A stretch of 52,971 nucleotides of DNA, from positions 1 to 52,971 of the IMG/VR virus record IMGVR_UViG_3300009678_000010; one strand, 5' to 3'. The notes under the pieces were generated by a model. It saw nothing but the letters and a program-made list of their open reading frames with translations. It was not told the origin of the DNA and did not search any database. The DNA is from a virus (taxonomy: Duplodnaviria; Caudoviricetes). A program made the position numbers and the translations under genes. Position 1 is the first letter of the stretch. Each line of letters begins with the position of its first letter. This document shows positions 1 to 9,386 of the stretch, piece by piece.

Positions 1-123
1 ATCCCGGGCGGCAAGGCGAACAAATCGCGCCCGTGCGAGCTCGTGACGCTCGACGAGGTCGCGGCCACGGCGCGCGGATTGCGCGCGATCAAGGTCGACA
101 CGCAAGGGGCCGAGCTCCTCGTG
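1..123. repeat. 123-bp terminal direct repeat, left copy (circular assembly overlap)
   Basis: Identical to 52849-52971; joining the ends restores one continuous FkbM ORF. Confidence 0.97.
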
Positions 124-342
124 CTGAAAGGCGCCGCCGCGACGCTCGCGCGGTTCGATGGCGTCTGGCAGATTGAGCTCTGGCCGTTCGGCCTGGAGTC
201 TGCCGGCACGACCCTAAAAACGGTTGTACAGCGGTTTCAGGCGACCGGATGGCAGCCGCATCAGACGAACTGGCTGGAGGTCGTGCGCCGCGCGAAGACG
301 ATTCGGGCGCATACCTCCTTCGATGTCGTGGTGACGCGATGA
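1..342 (+). CDS. FkbM-family SAM-dependent methyltransferase, 3' part (gene starts at 52546 and spans the junction, about 214 aa)
   Basis: VTLDEV...IKVDTQGAELLVLKGA...IELWP, in frame with the 52546 ORF that carries VIDVGANIG. Confidence 0.9.
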   Translation: MPGGKANKSRPCELVTLDEVAATARGLRAIKVDTQGAELLVLKGAAATLARFDGVWQIELWPFGLESAGTTLKTVVQRFQATGWQPHQTNWLEVVRRAKTIRAHTSFDVVVTR

Positions 343-638
343 CATATTTGAACGCGATTGGCGAGATTATCGACACGATCGCGCAGCGTGAAGAGGACGC
401 CATTATGGAAAAAGACATACTCACGGCAGCGGACTCCACGCAGGGCCAGCCAATGCGCGGGCCTCAGCGCTTTCAGGCGGCCGTAACGATGGAATACGAG
501 ACGCAGGCTCCGGAGACTTGGCGCGGCGAAATCGTCGTCCCAAACGCCCGCCTCGGCGCTCGTAGAGCCTTGGAGGCGGCACAGAAGGCTTATCCGAACC
601 GGAAATGGTCGTCCGTGGTGATTCTACTGACCAGATGA
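339..638 (+). CDS. hypothetical protein
   Basis: ATGA overlaps with the FkbM stop and the terL start. Confidence 0.6.
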   Translation: MTYLNAIGEIIDTIAQREEDAIMEKDILTAADSTQGQPMRGPQRFQAAVTMEYETQAPETWRGEIVVPNARLGARRALEAAQKAYPNRKWSSVVILLTR

Positions 639-2320
639 CCGATATCGACGACTACGCGCGCGAGGTGGTCGAGGGCCGCGTGCTGGCCGGCAAGTATCAC
701 CGGCTGTCATGCGCGCGGCATCTGCGCGACCGCCGGCGCGAGTCGACGCCCGCGTTCCCCTACCGGTTCGACAGTGACAAGGCCGAGCGATTCTTCGCCT
801 TCGCGCAGCTTCTGAAGCACTATCGCGGCGAATGGTCCGGACAACGGATCGTCCTGTCGTCGTATCAGCGGTTTCGGCTCGGGTCGATCTTTGGCTGGGT
901 GCACACCGGGACAGGATTGCGCCGCTTCCGCAAGGCGTATAACGAAATCCCGCGCAAGTCTGGCAAATCGCTAGAAGCCGCCGTGGTGGCGATTTACACC
1001 ACGTTTTTTGACGGGGAACCTGGCGCCGAAGGCTACTGTGCGGCCAGCAAGCGCGAACAGGCGCGCATTGTGTTTGGCGACGCGAAAAATCTCGTGCAAT
1101 CCTCAGGGCTCCGCGACCGCATCACGGTGCAAGTCGCCAATCTACACGCTGAGCGCACCGCGTCGAAACTCGAACCACTGAGCGCCGACTACAACACGAT
1201 GGACGGCCTCAATCCGCATCTCGTCATCCTCGATGAATTGCACGCGCAACCAGACCGAGGCGTGATCGATGTGCTGGAAACGGCGACAGGCGCGCGCCGT
1301 CAGCCGCTGATGTTCGAAATCACGACCGCCGGCGATGACCTCGTGAGCCCATGCGGTGATGAACACGAATACTGTTGCAAGATTCTCGACGGCGTGATTC
1401 AGGATGAAACTTTTTTCGGTTTCATAGCGCATGCGGATCCAGAGGACGACTGGCTGGACGAGCGCACGTGGAAGAAGGCGAATCCGCATTACGACATCTC
1501 GGTGAAACCGGACGACATGCGGGCGCTCGCTGAGAAGGCGAAGCACATGCCGTCGGCCGCGGCGGCTTTTCGGCGCAAGCGGTTGAACATCTGGGTCAAC
1601 AGCGACAATCCCTGGCTCTCACTCGATGGCTGGCAGAAGGGCCAGAGCCGGCCGGATGCGTGGTCCGCTGATGACCTCGCGCACGAGCCGTGCTGGGTCG
1701 GCATAGACCTGGCGTCGAAGATCGACCTCCTGGCAATGGTGTTTGTGTTCCCGCCGCGTGCCGGTCGCTCGAAGTGGCGCATTCTGCGGTGGTTCTGGAC
1801 GCCAGCCGATACGCTCATGGAGCGCGCGCGCCGGGACCGGGCGCCGTATGACGTCTGGCGCGACCAGGGCTATCTGCAGACGTGCCCGGGCACGCGCGTG
1901 GACCATCAGGCCGTCCGCGAGGTGCTCCGCGAGCAGCGGACGAAGTTCGACATCGAGCAGATTGGCTTCGACCCGTGGCATGCCGATACGCTCATCGATC
2001 AACTGGTGACCGAGGACGGTTTTGACGTCGATCAGGTGCTGGCCGTGCCGCAGACCTACGCCGGGATGGGCAGTGCCGCGAAGCGCTTCGAGGCCGACGT
2101 CTTAGCCGGCGACGTCGATGCGCAAGGCGATCCCGTGTTACGCTGGGCCGTTTCGAACGCGGTTGCGCAACGCGATGGCAAAGACAACATTTACCCCGTC
2201 AAGAAAAAGAGCCGCGGCCGGATTGACCCGGTGATGGCGACCCTGATCGGGATGGCGCTGCACTTGAAGCAGCCGGCGGTCGTGGAACCACGGTATCAGA
2301 TGCTTGTTTTCGGCAGATAA
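635..2320 (+). CDS. terL: terminase large subunit (HK97-like)
   Basis: Walker A IPRKSGKS, Walker B VILDELHA, ITTAG motif, nuclease motifs GIDLAS, FDPW and RIDP; ATG 635 overlaps the upstream stop. Confidence 0.97.
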   Translation: MTDIDDYAREVVEGRVLAGKYHRLSCARHLRDRRRESTPAFPYRFDSDKAERFFAFAQLLKHYRGEWSGQRIVLSSYQRFRLGSIFGWVHTGTGLRRFRKAYNEIPRKSGKSLEAAVVAIYTTFFDGEPGAEGYCAASKREQARIVFGDAKNLVQSSGLRDRITVQVANLHAERTASKLEPLSADYNTMDGLNPHLVILDELHAQPDRGVIDVLETATGARRQPLMFEITTAGDDLVSPCGDEHEYCCKILDGVIQDETFFGFIAHADPEDDWLDERTWKKANPHYDISVKPDDMRALAEKAKHMPSAAAAFRRKRLNIWVNSDNPWLSLDGWQKGQSRPDAWSADDLAHEPCWVGIDLASKIDLLAMVFVFPPRAGRSKWRILRWFWTPADTLMERARRDRAPYDVWRDQGYLQTCPGTRVDHQAVREVLREQRTKFDIEQIGFDPWHADTLIDQLVTEDGFDVDQVLAVPQTYAGMGSAAKRFEADVLAGDVDAQGDPVLRWAVSNAVAQRDGKDNIYPVKKKSRGRIDPVMATLIGMALHLKQPAVVEPRYQMLVFGR

Positions 2321-2325
2321 ATGGC

Positions 2326-2508
2326 ATGAGTGACGAACCGCGCCGCGGTCCAGGCCGCCCGAAAGCGCCGCCGGATTACCATCTGCAACTCCGCGTGCCG
2401 CGGCCGATGTATGACGCGCTCAAGCGGGTCGCCGATCGCAAGGATGCCAGCGTGTCTGAGGTCGTCCGCAAGTTGATCGCGAATCGCTCGACGCCGAACG
2501 ATCCATAG
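2326..2508 (+). CDS. small ribbon-helix-helix (Arc/CopG-like) DNA-binding protein
   Basis: GRPK, then LQLRVPRPMYDALKRVA...SVSEVVRKLI pattern. Confidence 0.7.
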   Translation: MSDEPRRGPGRPKAPPDYHLQLRVPRPMYDALKRVADRKDASVSEVVRKLIANRSTPNDP

Positions 2509-2516
2509 TGAGCGAG

Positions 2517-2825
2517 TTAGTCGTGGATGGAATTGCGCCCGACCTTGCCACGGTAGAACAGACTAGATGCATCAGCGATCGCGGCACGAGCGAACGACAT
2601 TGCGGCATCTTTCGAATCAAAACCGGGAACGGCCAGACCGACTGACCATGAGGCACCGTCAGCACTGCGCAACACGAACGCCCACTCCTGAATCATTGGC
2701 GTTTCACCGCGATGTCTGGCGCCTGATTTCGTGTGCCCAGTAGGGCGCGCGTAACAATACACGCCAAACTTGCCGCAATCCTCAATGATTCGCGATGCTG
2801 CCATCTGCTCTCGCTCCTTCGCCAA
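2517..2825 (-). CDS. hypothetical protein
   Basis: 102-aa ORF with a sigma70-like promoter just upstream; start codon uncertain. Confidence 0.55.
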   Translation of the reverse strand: MAKEREQMAASRIIEDCGKFGVYCYARPTGHTKSGARHRGETPMIQEWAFVLRSADGASWSVGLAVPGFDSKDAAMSFARAAIADASSLFYRGKVGRNSIHD

Positions 2826-2836
2826 CTAACAAGAGA

Positions 2837-2866
2837 ACATTAGCACATACGCTAATTTGCTGTCAA
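2837..2866 (-). promoter_or_regulatory. sigma70-like promoter TTGACA-N18-TAATGT (TG-extended) overlapping an ATTAGC-N6-GCTAAT palindrome
   Basis: Minus strand reads TTGACAgcaaattagcgtatgTGcTAATGT. Confidence 0.6.
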
Positions 2867-2867
2867 A

Positions 2868-3245
2868 TCACGCCGGCACCTTCGCCGCGTTGCTCACGAC
2901 AATCCGAATCTCATACGAGCCGCGCTGCCCGAGCGGCCAGGTCCACTCAATCAGCGCGCGATGCCGCTCGATGAGCAGATCATCCTCCAGAATCGCCATG
3001 TCTTCCGGGTCGAGCGCGAACGTGAACACGCCATCCTCGTCAATCATCGACAGGATATCGACGTGGTCGCGACTGTTGATGATGGTCAGGTCGTCATCCT
3101 CTTCGGTGTAGAGGGTGAGGGTCGCGGTCAGGAGCGCGGAGCCGGGTATCGGCGTCTCGGTATTGTCGATGAACGTCATCGAGAGTTCCGCGCTGTCGTT
3201 CTCACGAAACGGGCCGACCGTGGTATCCGGTTTCCTGAGCGCCAT
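2868..3245 (-). CDS. hypothetical acidic beta-rich protein, possibly virion-associated (BppU N-terminal-like)
   Basis: Last gene of the leftward structural module; alternating hydrophobic strands; ATG at 3245. Confidence 0.55.
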   Translation of the reverse strand: MALRKPDTTVGPFRENDSAELSMTFIDNTETPIPGSALLTATLTLYTEEDDDLTIINSRDHVDILSMIDEDGVFTFALDPEDMAILEDDLLIERHRALIEWTWPLGQRGSYEIRIVVSNAAKVPA

Positions 3246-3247
3246 GA

Positions 3248-5677
3248 CTATGTGACCTCCACGTTCCGAATTGTAGCCGCGACGACCGAAACATTCGTGG
3301 CCGATGCGGTCGTGACGCGGACATCGCGCACGCGCACCATGCGGCCAATCCCACGCCACACATCGCTCACGCGCACGCCTTCGACGAGTGCGACTTCGAG
3401 CGGGTTGAGTGTGACCTCGAGCACATCGACGACGCGCAGAATCTCGACGACGAAGGCGCCAGCGCCGAGAATCTGATTCCCCTGCTCATCGACGCGCACG
3501 TGCTCAGTGAGTGACACGAGCAGCGGCGTGATCTGCGCGGTGACGGTGTCGCTGACCCGAACGTTCTCTTGCAGCGACTGATTCAGCGTGCCCTGGTCGA
3601 CGAGGACCGGCGGCGTCAGGGTGTCCGAAACCAGCACCGACTCGGCGAGTGCCGCAGTCGCCAGCGTCATCACCGCCGTCACGGCGTCGCTGACCAGGAC
3701 GCTCTCGTTCGTAAGCGCCGCGGTCAATCCGAACGACACCTGGCCCGTATCACTGACCCGAACGTTCTCTTGGAGCGCCGCGAGCAGTGGATTGAGGGTC
3801 GTCGCGACCGTATCCGACACGCGCACCGATTCGCCCGGCGACGTCTGAAGCGGATTGAGCAGCGCCGAGACGGTATCGGTGACGCGGATGTTCTCTGCCG
3901 GCGTGGCCTGCAGCGCCATGTTCGCCGCGAGTGCATCGCTGACGCGCACATTCTCTTGATGCGCGGTCTGCAGCGGGTTCAGAACGACCGTTACCGTGTC
4001 GACGACGAGGACGTTCTCAGTCGTCTGCACCAATTCCGGGCTGAGCGCGACCGTGACCACGTCGCTGACCTTGACGTGCTCGGTCGCCGACGACTGCAGG
4101 GCCATGTTCGCGGTCAGGTCGTCGGTGACGCGAACGTTTTCCTGCAGCGAGGATTGCAGCGGATCGAGAACGACGGTCAGCGTGTCGCTGACGAGAACGG
4201 ATTCGGCCAGTTGCGCCAGTTCAGGACTAAGCGCGACGGTCACCGTATCACTGACGAGGACAGTCTCGGACGCTGATGCCGTCAGGGTCAGTTGTGCCGC
4301 GACCGCATCGCTGACGAGGACGTTCTCTTGCAGCGCGGTCTGTAGTGGATTCAGCGTCGTGCTTACCATATCGACGACGAGCACGAATTCGTCTTTGCCG
4401 AGCTCGGCCCATGAGTCGTGCGCATCGACGACGCGGATGTTCTCGGTGAGCAGCGGTGGCGCGAGGTCGCCGCCTCCGCCCATCTCCTCAAGAACCGGCT
4501 GCGTGAGCACGTCCTGCACACGAATCACGCCGATCAACTGCGTGATGCCCTGCCCGATATCGTCGAGCCGCACATTCTCAGTCAGCAGCGGCGGCGCGAG
4601 GTCGCCACTCTCCACGAGCGTCGGCTGCGTCAGCGCATCGGTGACGCGGATGTGTTCGGCCGTCTCAGCCGCGAGTTGCAGCGCAACGGTGAGCGCATCA
4701 CTAACCTTGATGTCCTCTTGTGCGGCGGCCGAAATCTCGAACGCGGCGGCCGCTGTATCGGTGACGAGTATCGATTCCGACGGGCTGGCTTCGAGCGGAT
4801 TCAGGGACGCGGTCAGCACGTCCTGAACGAGAATCGCGCCGATGAGTTGCGTTGCGCTCTGTCCGATGTCGTCGACAAGAATCGATTCAGTTTTCGTGGT
4901 TTCGAGCGGATTCAGCAGCGTCGTCGGCGCATCGGTAACGCGGACGTTCTCTGTCAGCAGCGGCGGAGTCAGGTCCGGCGCTGGCATGGTCGGCTGCGTC
5001 AGCGTGTCGGTGACTCTGACGTTCTCGGTCAGTATTGCCGGCTCGATGGCGGCTACCGCAAAAGCAATCGCGCCGGCGGACCACGCATCGGACGATCCCA
5101 TCGTCCAGTTGCCGGCGTCTTCGCTCGCAGCGACGGCAAGTATCCGAGTGGCGATCGCCACGGTGGATCCAATGGTCGTGCTCGCCTGGCCCGTATTCGT
5201 CGTGATGGTGTCCGTGTAGTTGGCCGGCGCCGTCGCGGTCGTGTCGTCGTCGTCGAGGAAGGCGACCTGGACGATCAGCGCATTCGGCGTCGTGCTGACG
5301 ATGGCGCCCGCATTCGGATTCGCGCTCGTGCCGGTGAGCGGCGTAATCCACGCGGCATCGAGGATGGTCGCACGGCCGCCGCGCCAGACTTGCACGACGA
5401 CCGAGCGCAGAATCGTCGCGTCTTGGTCGATGGTGACGACCGTATCGGGCGTCCCGGTCATCACCTTGTAGCCGAAGTTGGCGCCAGGGTTCGCGCCGGT
5501 GCCGTTCTCCGGGACGGTGTAGCCGGAACTGGTGATGGCGTTTTGACAGGAGACGTCTGCGGCTGTTGCGACGATAACGAGGTCGCCCGCGATCGGCGGG
5601 CCGGGGAGGGTGATGTCTTCAGTGCCGCCACCAGCGGCAATGGAATCCGACGTGGAGCCGATTAGCTGCCATGCCAC
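3248..5677 (-). CDS. 809-aa repeat-rich putative virion fibre protein with about 25 E-x-V-x-V-x-D repeats
   Basis: N-terminal domain of about 210 aa (GDLVIVA...; ALIVQVA), then 19-22-aa ENVRVSD-type repeats; rich in Thr, Ser and Val. Confidence 0.8.
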   Translation of the reverse strand: MAWQLIGSTSDSIAAGGGTEDITLPGPPIAGDLVIVATAADVSCQNAITSSGYTVPENGTGANPGANFGYKVMTGTPDTVVTIDQDATILRSVVVQVWRGGRATILDAAWITPLTGTSANPNAGAIVSTTPNALIVQVAFLDDDDTTATAPANYTDTITTNTGQASTTIGSTVAIATRILAVAASEDAGNWTMGSSDAWSAGAIAFAVAAIEPAILTENVRVTDTLTQPTMPAPDLTPPLLTENVRVTDAPTTLLNPLETTKTESILVDDIGQSATQLIGAILVQDVLTASLNPLEASPSESILVTDTAAAAFEISAAAQEDIKVSDALTVALQLAAETAEHIRVTDALTQPTLVESGDLAPPLLTENVRLDDIGQGITQLIGVIRVQDVLTQPVLEEMGGGGDLAPPLLTENIRVVDAHDSWAELGKDEFVLVVDMVSTTLNPLQTALQENVLVSDAVAAQLTLTASASETVLVSDTVTVALSPELAQLAESVLVSDTLTVVLDPLQSSLQENVRVTDDLTANMALQSSATEHVKVSDVVTVALSPELVQTTENVLVVDTVTVVLNPLQTAHQENVRVSDALAANMALQATPAENIRVTDTVSALLNPLQTSPGESVRVSDTVATTLNPLLAALQENVRVSDTGQVSFGLTAALTNESVLVSDAVTAVMTLATAALAESVLVSDTLTPPVLVDQGTLNQSLQENVRVSDTVTAQITPLLVSLTEHVRVDEQGNQILGAGAFVVEILRVVDVLEVTLNPLEVALVEGVRVSDVWRGIGRMVRVRDVRVTTASATNVSVVAATIRNVEVT

Positions 5678-5678
5678 G

Positions 5679-5870
5679 TTAGATCCAGCGCTCCGGCGGC
5701 GGGCCCGCGCCGGTCTGCTCGATGGTCGCGTCCATCATCTGCGCGGTCGGCGAGTCGGTCACGGCGCTGAGCTCAGGCCGCACGGGTTCCGGCTCGGGAG
5801 GCGGCACGCACTCGACCATCTGCGCCTCGACGATATCCAGCACACCGATGACGCCGGCTTCAAGTGCCAT
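5679..5870 (-). CDS. small acidic, Pro-rich hypothetical protein
   Basis: Packed tightly between co-oriented genes. Confidence 0.55.
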   Translation of the reverse strand: MALEAGVIGVLDIVEAQMVECVPPPEPEPVRPELSAVTDSPTAQMMDATIEQTGAGPPPERWI

Positions 5871-6616
5871 CAGAACAAACTACCACCGATGACGGCTTCG
5901 CCGATATGACCGACGGAGAGGGCTGGTTCGCCTCCACCAGAGTCGTATTGCGTGAAGCTCGTGATCAGGAGGTTGGATTCAAGCGGCTCAGCGTAGGCGT
6001 CTGCGATGAAGCAGTTATCGATGTGGCACGTCTGCGAAAACCCGCCGACGTCACCCCACGCGATGCCCGTCGTGGCGTCCAGCGCCGCCGGAGCCGTGTA
6101 GGCCGTCGCGAGATCTTCCACCGCTTGAATGAGCGCCCCAGCGCTGTCATACACCTCTATGCGGCGATAATTGTTAGGTTGATCCCATCGCACTACCACG
6201 CCGTACGTCAACCCCGCTTGAAGGTTCGCCGCCGTAGTGGTCAGCGACACGAGGCCGGCCGACACATGGCGAATCGCGAAGCGCAGTTCCTGCGAGGCCG
6301 CAACGTCGACAAAAATGCAGTCATTCGCGCTCGCAGCTCCACGGAAAAAGAAAAGAGTTTGTGCCGCACCGGCGACCGTGGTGGGAAACCGAAACAGACA
6401 TGCGGCTGCGCCGACTGTTGGACTAATCAGACTCGTCGGAGTAAACGTGAATCTACGGTTTACGGCGTCGCTGAGAATGCCATTCGTGCCGACCAGGCCA
6501 GCCGCAGCATCAAGCGTGACGGATGACTGCGCAGTGGCGGTATTGTCTCCAGCCGTGGAGTCGTCCGTGCCGTCGAGGGTCGTTCCCTCGCATCGCCAAA
6601 AGAAGGTGACCGCCAT
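5870..6616 (-). CDS. putative virion protein with LamG/concanavalin-A-like domain
   Basis: Beta-sandwich pattern (YGVVVRWD..YRRIEVYD; HIDNCFIAD); start and stop overlap both neighbours. Confidence 0.65.
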   Translation of the reverse strand: MAVTFFWRCEGTTLDGTDDSTAGDNTATAQSSVTLDAAAGLVGTNGILSDAVNRRFTFTPTSLISPTVGAAACLFRFPTTVAGAAQTLFFFRGAASANDCIFVDVAASQELRFAIRHVSAGLVSLTTTAANLQAGLTYGVVVRWDQPNNYRRIEVYDSAGALIQAVEDLATAYTAPAALDATTGIAWGDVGGFSQTCHIDNCFIADAYAEPLESNLLITSFTQYDSGGGEPALSVGHIGEAVIGGSLF

Positions 6617-8268
6617 CAGGGTGCTCCAGATATTTCGTGGCCGTGCGTGCCCAGGAACGCCGTCCGATAGGCGCCTTGGAGTTCCCCGTCTGCATCCGTA
6701 ATGGCGTCGCTCGACGCCCCGGCGAGGTTCTCCACACCAGTCGGGCTTAGTTCCGGATTGCTGGAAATGTTCAGCGTCACCTTTGATGTATCAGTATTTC
6801 CTGGACCATCTTGAATAAATCGCCAAGGCGTGCCAGACCCGTCAGCGTTCACGATGACATTGCGCTCAAAGATAATCTGGCTATCTGTGCTATCCAACTC
6901 GTCAACGAGCACTGAGCACTGAAATGTATTGCGCTCGACATACCACGGTCCGAAGTCTGGCCCTGACTGATGGCCAATCGTCAGTCCATGACTGGCGCCT
7001 CCCTTCACATTACAGAATCTGATTTGTCCGAATGTCTGCTCATCCTCGAATTCGTCATCGAGCGCATTGTGCATATTTCCGCCGATGCAGATCGTAGTCA
7101 TGTCGCTTGAGAACGTGCAGCCACGGACCTCCACCTGAGATACGTTCGACTTAATGGCGATTGCAGCCTCGTCTTCTGGGCCAGTGTCTATGTCACTAAA
7201 ATCACTATCAGCAATGAGTCCGCGCATCCACGAGTAGAGCTTCAACGCACAGTTGCCAGCGTTAGTGGCCGTTGAGTCGTCGATACCACTGAACGAACAG
7301 CTATGAATTACGTCACCAAATGCTGGCGTGTCGTGTGACTCTCCGCTGGCATACATCTGCATCCACATCAGGTGAGCTGAATTGCCGCCATTGATGCCTG
7401 GCCCATGCGTGCCCATCGTCACTCGTCGAATGTGGACTCCATATCGACTCCCTCGTCCTAACTGGAAGGCCATCGTCATCGAGCGCGTGGTGGTAAATCC
7501 ATCGAGATAAACGGCGTCTCCAGACAAACGAAACCGCGGCACTGAATCGCCTGTGTTATACGGATAGCCGGTGCCAACGTAACCGTAATCAATAACTGGC
7601 GATTCGTTCGGATATGCCAGCCAAATGGTGGAGCGCGTGTTATCGTTCCAGTCAACCCGTTCCTCGCCATTGATGTCATCGACTGAACTCGATGGAAGAC
7701 CAAGCGGCGTGTATGTGCCTGTGCGAAAGTAGACCCGCGATCCGGCAGACGACCCGTCGTAGACGTCGTCGAGCGTCAACCACGGATTAGCTAGCGTGCC
7801 AGTGCCTGAACCTCCGTTTGTAGAATGGGCGTTGCCATTCACGGCATCGACGAAATACCAGCCACTCGTGCCGACTGAAATAGACCACGTCGCTGTCGAT
7901 TGGCTGCCTTTCGTGTCTGTCACACGCACGGTGACGTCTGTAGCTGTCGTTTGCGGATTCGTCCATGTAATCACGCCGGTGAAGGCGTCCACCGTCATAC
8001 CAGCGGGCTCATTAGATAATTCGTATAGATACGGGTAGACACCGCCGACCGCTGCTACTTGAATGTCGTAATCCAGACCTGTATAGGCAAATAGGCAACG
8101 ATTAGTGGGATCTACCCCAGTGCCAGCAATACCAGACGGTAACGGATAAATTACCGTCAGTGGATAACGCTCAGTGCCGCCCCAATCAGTCATCCAGGCA
8201 TATTGGCTGGCCATGATCTGCGATCGCCCGAAGCGCTTACCGTGGACGTGCGCGCTGAGGTCAGCCAT
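6616..8268 (-). CDS. putative receptor-binding/depolymerase-like protein: Ig-like (He_PIG/cadherin-type) domain plus predicted parallel beta-helix
   Basis: PAGMTVDAFTGVITWT...VTVRVTD; YFVDAVNGN...GTGTLANPWLTL; VYFRTGTY; DNA visibly more AT-rich than flanks. Confidence 0.7.
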   Translation of the reverse strand: MADLSAHVHGKRFGRSQIMASQYAWMTDWGGTERYPLTVIYPLPSGIAGTGVDPTNRCLFAYTGLDYDIQVAAVGGVYPYLYELSNEPAGMTVDAFTGVITWTNPQTTATDVTVRVTDTKGSQSTATWSISVGTSGWYFVDAVNGNAHSTNGGSGTGTLANPWLTLDDVYDGSSAGSRVYFRTGTYTPLGLPSSSVDDINGEERVDWNDNTRSTIWLAYPNESPVIDYGYVGTGYPYNTGDSVPRFRLSGDAVYLDGFTTTRSMTMAFQLGRGSRYGVHIRRVTMGTHGPGINGGNSAHLMWMQMYASGESHDTPAFGDVIHSCSFSGIDDSTATNAGNCALKLYSWMRGLIADSDFSDIDTGPEDEAAIAIKSNVSQVEVRGCTFSSDMTTICIGGNMHNALDDEFEDEQTFGQIRFCNVKGGASHGLTIGHQSGPDFGPWYVERNTFQCSVLVDELDSTDSQIIFERNVIVNADGSGTPWRFIQDGPGNTDTSKVTLNISSNPELSPTGVENLAGASSDAITDADGELQGAYRTAFLGTHGHEISGAP

Positions 8269-8271
8269 CGC

Positions 8272-9183
8272 TCACCACTGCTGACCGGTGCTGCGATCGA
8301 TGTGCATGAAGCGCAGCGACGTATCGATGATGTAGGGAAATTGCTTCTTCGCAAACTTCGCCGGCCAGCCAGCTTTCGTCAAGATGTCGCGCTTGATGGT
8401 GTGCTCGCTGAACCAGAGATCAGACGTGCCGGTCGTCGCGTGGATGCCGTGCGTGTGCGGGTCGACCCAGACGAGCGCCGGGTTCTGAAAGATCTTCTTG
8501 AGCGGCCAAGGGTAGCCTTGCAGCGAATACGTCTCGATGTCCGGCTCGTTGGCCCACGCCTCGAGCACGGAGCGATGAATCAAGAGCGCACCGGTCGGAA
8601 TGCCCGATACCCAGATGACATCGCCAGGCGTCCAGTCACGATACGCGCGCTGACCGCCACCGCGATACGCGAGCGGTTCAGGGCCGAGCAATTCGATGCC
8701 GCCAGTCTTGCCCTTGCGGACTTCCTGACTGCCCTTGATGTGATACAGACCGCTGACGATAGGCGGCGCTTTCTTGCGCTCCATCTTCCAGAGCCACTTG
8801 TCGAACTGCAGGAGCGCATTCGGCGGCGGAATGGTGTCGTCTTCGATGAGGAGCAGCGCGCGGAAATTGCCGCGAAGTAACGTGTCAACGAGCATGTTCT
8901 GCGCGTCTGGCACGAGATAACCTTGCGGAACGGAGCGCACGAGCGACCAATTGGGCGGAGATGGCAGCCCGATCATCGCGTTGAACCATTCACATCTCAC
9001 GGTCCCGAGCGAAGGCGTCCCGAGCAGCATGTTGACGGTATCACTACCGGGCTTCGGATGCTGAGGGTGCAGATGGAACTCGACTTCGCCGATGCGGTGA
9101 TTGGCGACGTGATTTTTTCTCTTCGGCCGATACTTCATCGGCACGGCGCCGTTGTGCCCGTTGTGCGGCTTCGGCTTCTTCAT
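8272..9183 (-). CDS. GT-A fold (GT2-like) glycosyltransferase
   Basis: LLGTPS, AQNMLV, LLLIEDD (DxD-like), PTGALLIHRSVLE, SDLWFS, terminal HID. Confidence 0.75.
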   Translation of the reverse strand: MKKPKPHNGHNGAVPMKYRPKRKNHVANHRIGEVEFHLHPQHPKPGSDTVNMLLGTPSLGTVRCEWFNAMIGLPSPPNWSLVRSVPQGYLVPDAQNMLVDTLLRGNFRALLLIEDDTIPPPNALLQFDKWLWKMERKKAPPIVSGLYHIKGSQEVRKGKTGGIELLGPEPLAYRGGGQRAYRDWTPGDVIWVSGIPTGALLIHRSVLEAWANEPDIETYSLQGYPWPLKKIFQNPALVWVDPHTHGIHATTGTSDLWFSEHTIKRDILTKAGWPAKFAKKQFPYIIDTSLRFMHIDRSTGQQW

Positions 9184-9386
9184 CGGGCCGCCGCCTTGAG
9201 CAGTTCCTCTTGCTTGCGGAGCGCGGTGCTGATCTTCGTCCACAGCCGCGACAGATGCGGCCACGTGTTCGGGCTGAGATACTGCGGCGCCATGTAGCGA
9301 TACAGTTCCTCGGCTTCATCCCGCGTGATGACCAGATGGCCAGGCAGCGCCTGCATCGGCTCGCCGCGTGTCAGCTTCTCAGACAT
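9180..9386 (-). CDS. hypothetical protein
   Basis: Overlaps both neighbours. Confidence 0.55.
   Translation of the reverse strand: MSEKLTRGEPMQALPGHLVITRDEAEELYRYMAPQYLSPNTWPHLSRLWTKISTALRKQEELLKAAAR

Noticed and set aside
1-123. Terminal repeat as a biological direct terminal repeat or att site
   Set aside because: It falls mid-gene in FkbM and joins seamlessly, as expected for an assembler circular overlap; the HK97-like terminase suggests cos ends elsewhere
3569-5665. Long plus-strand ORFs (235, 276 and 415 aa) opposite the repeat protein
   Set aside because: Antisense shadows of a GC-rich repetitive gene; no recognisable motifs
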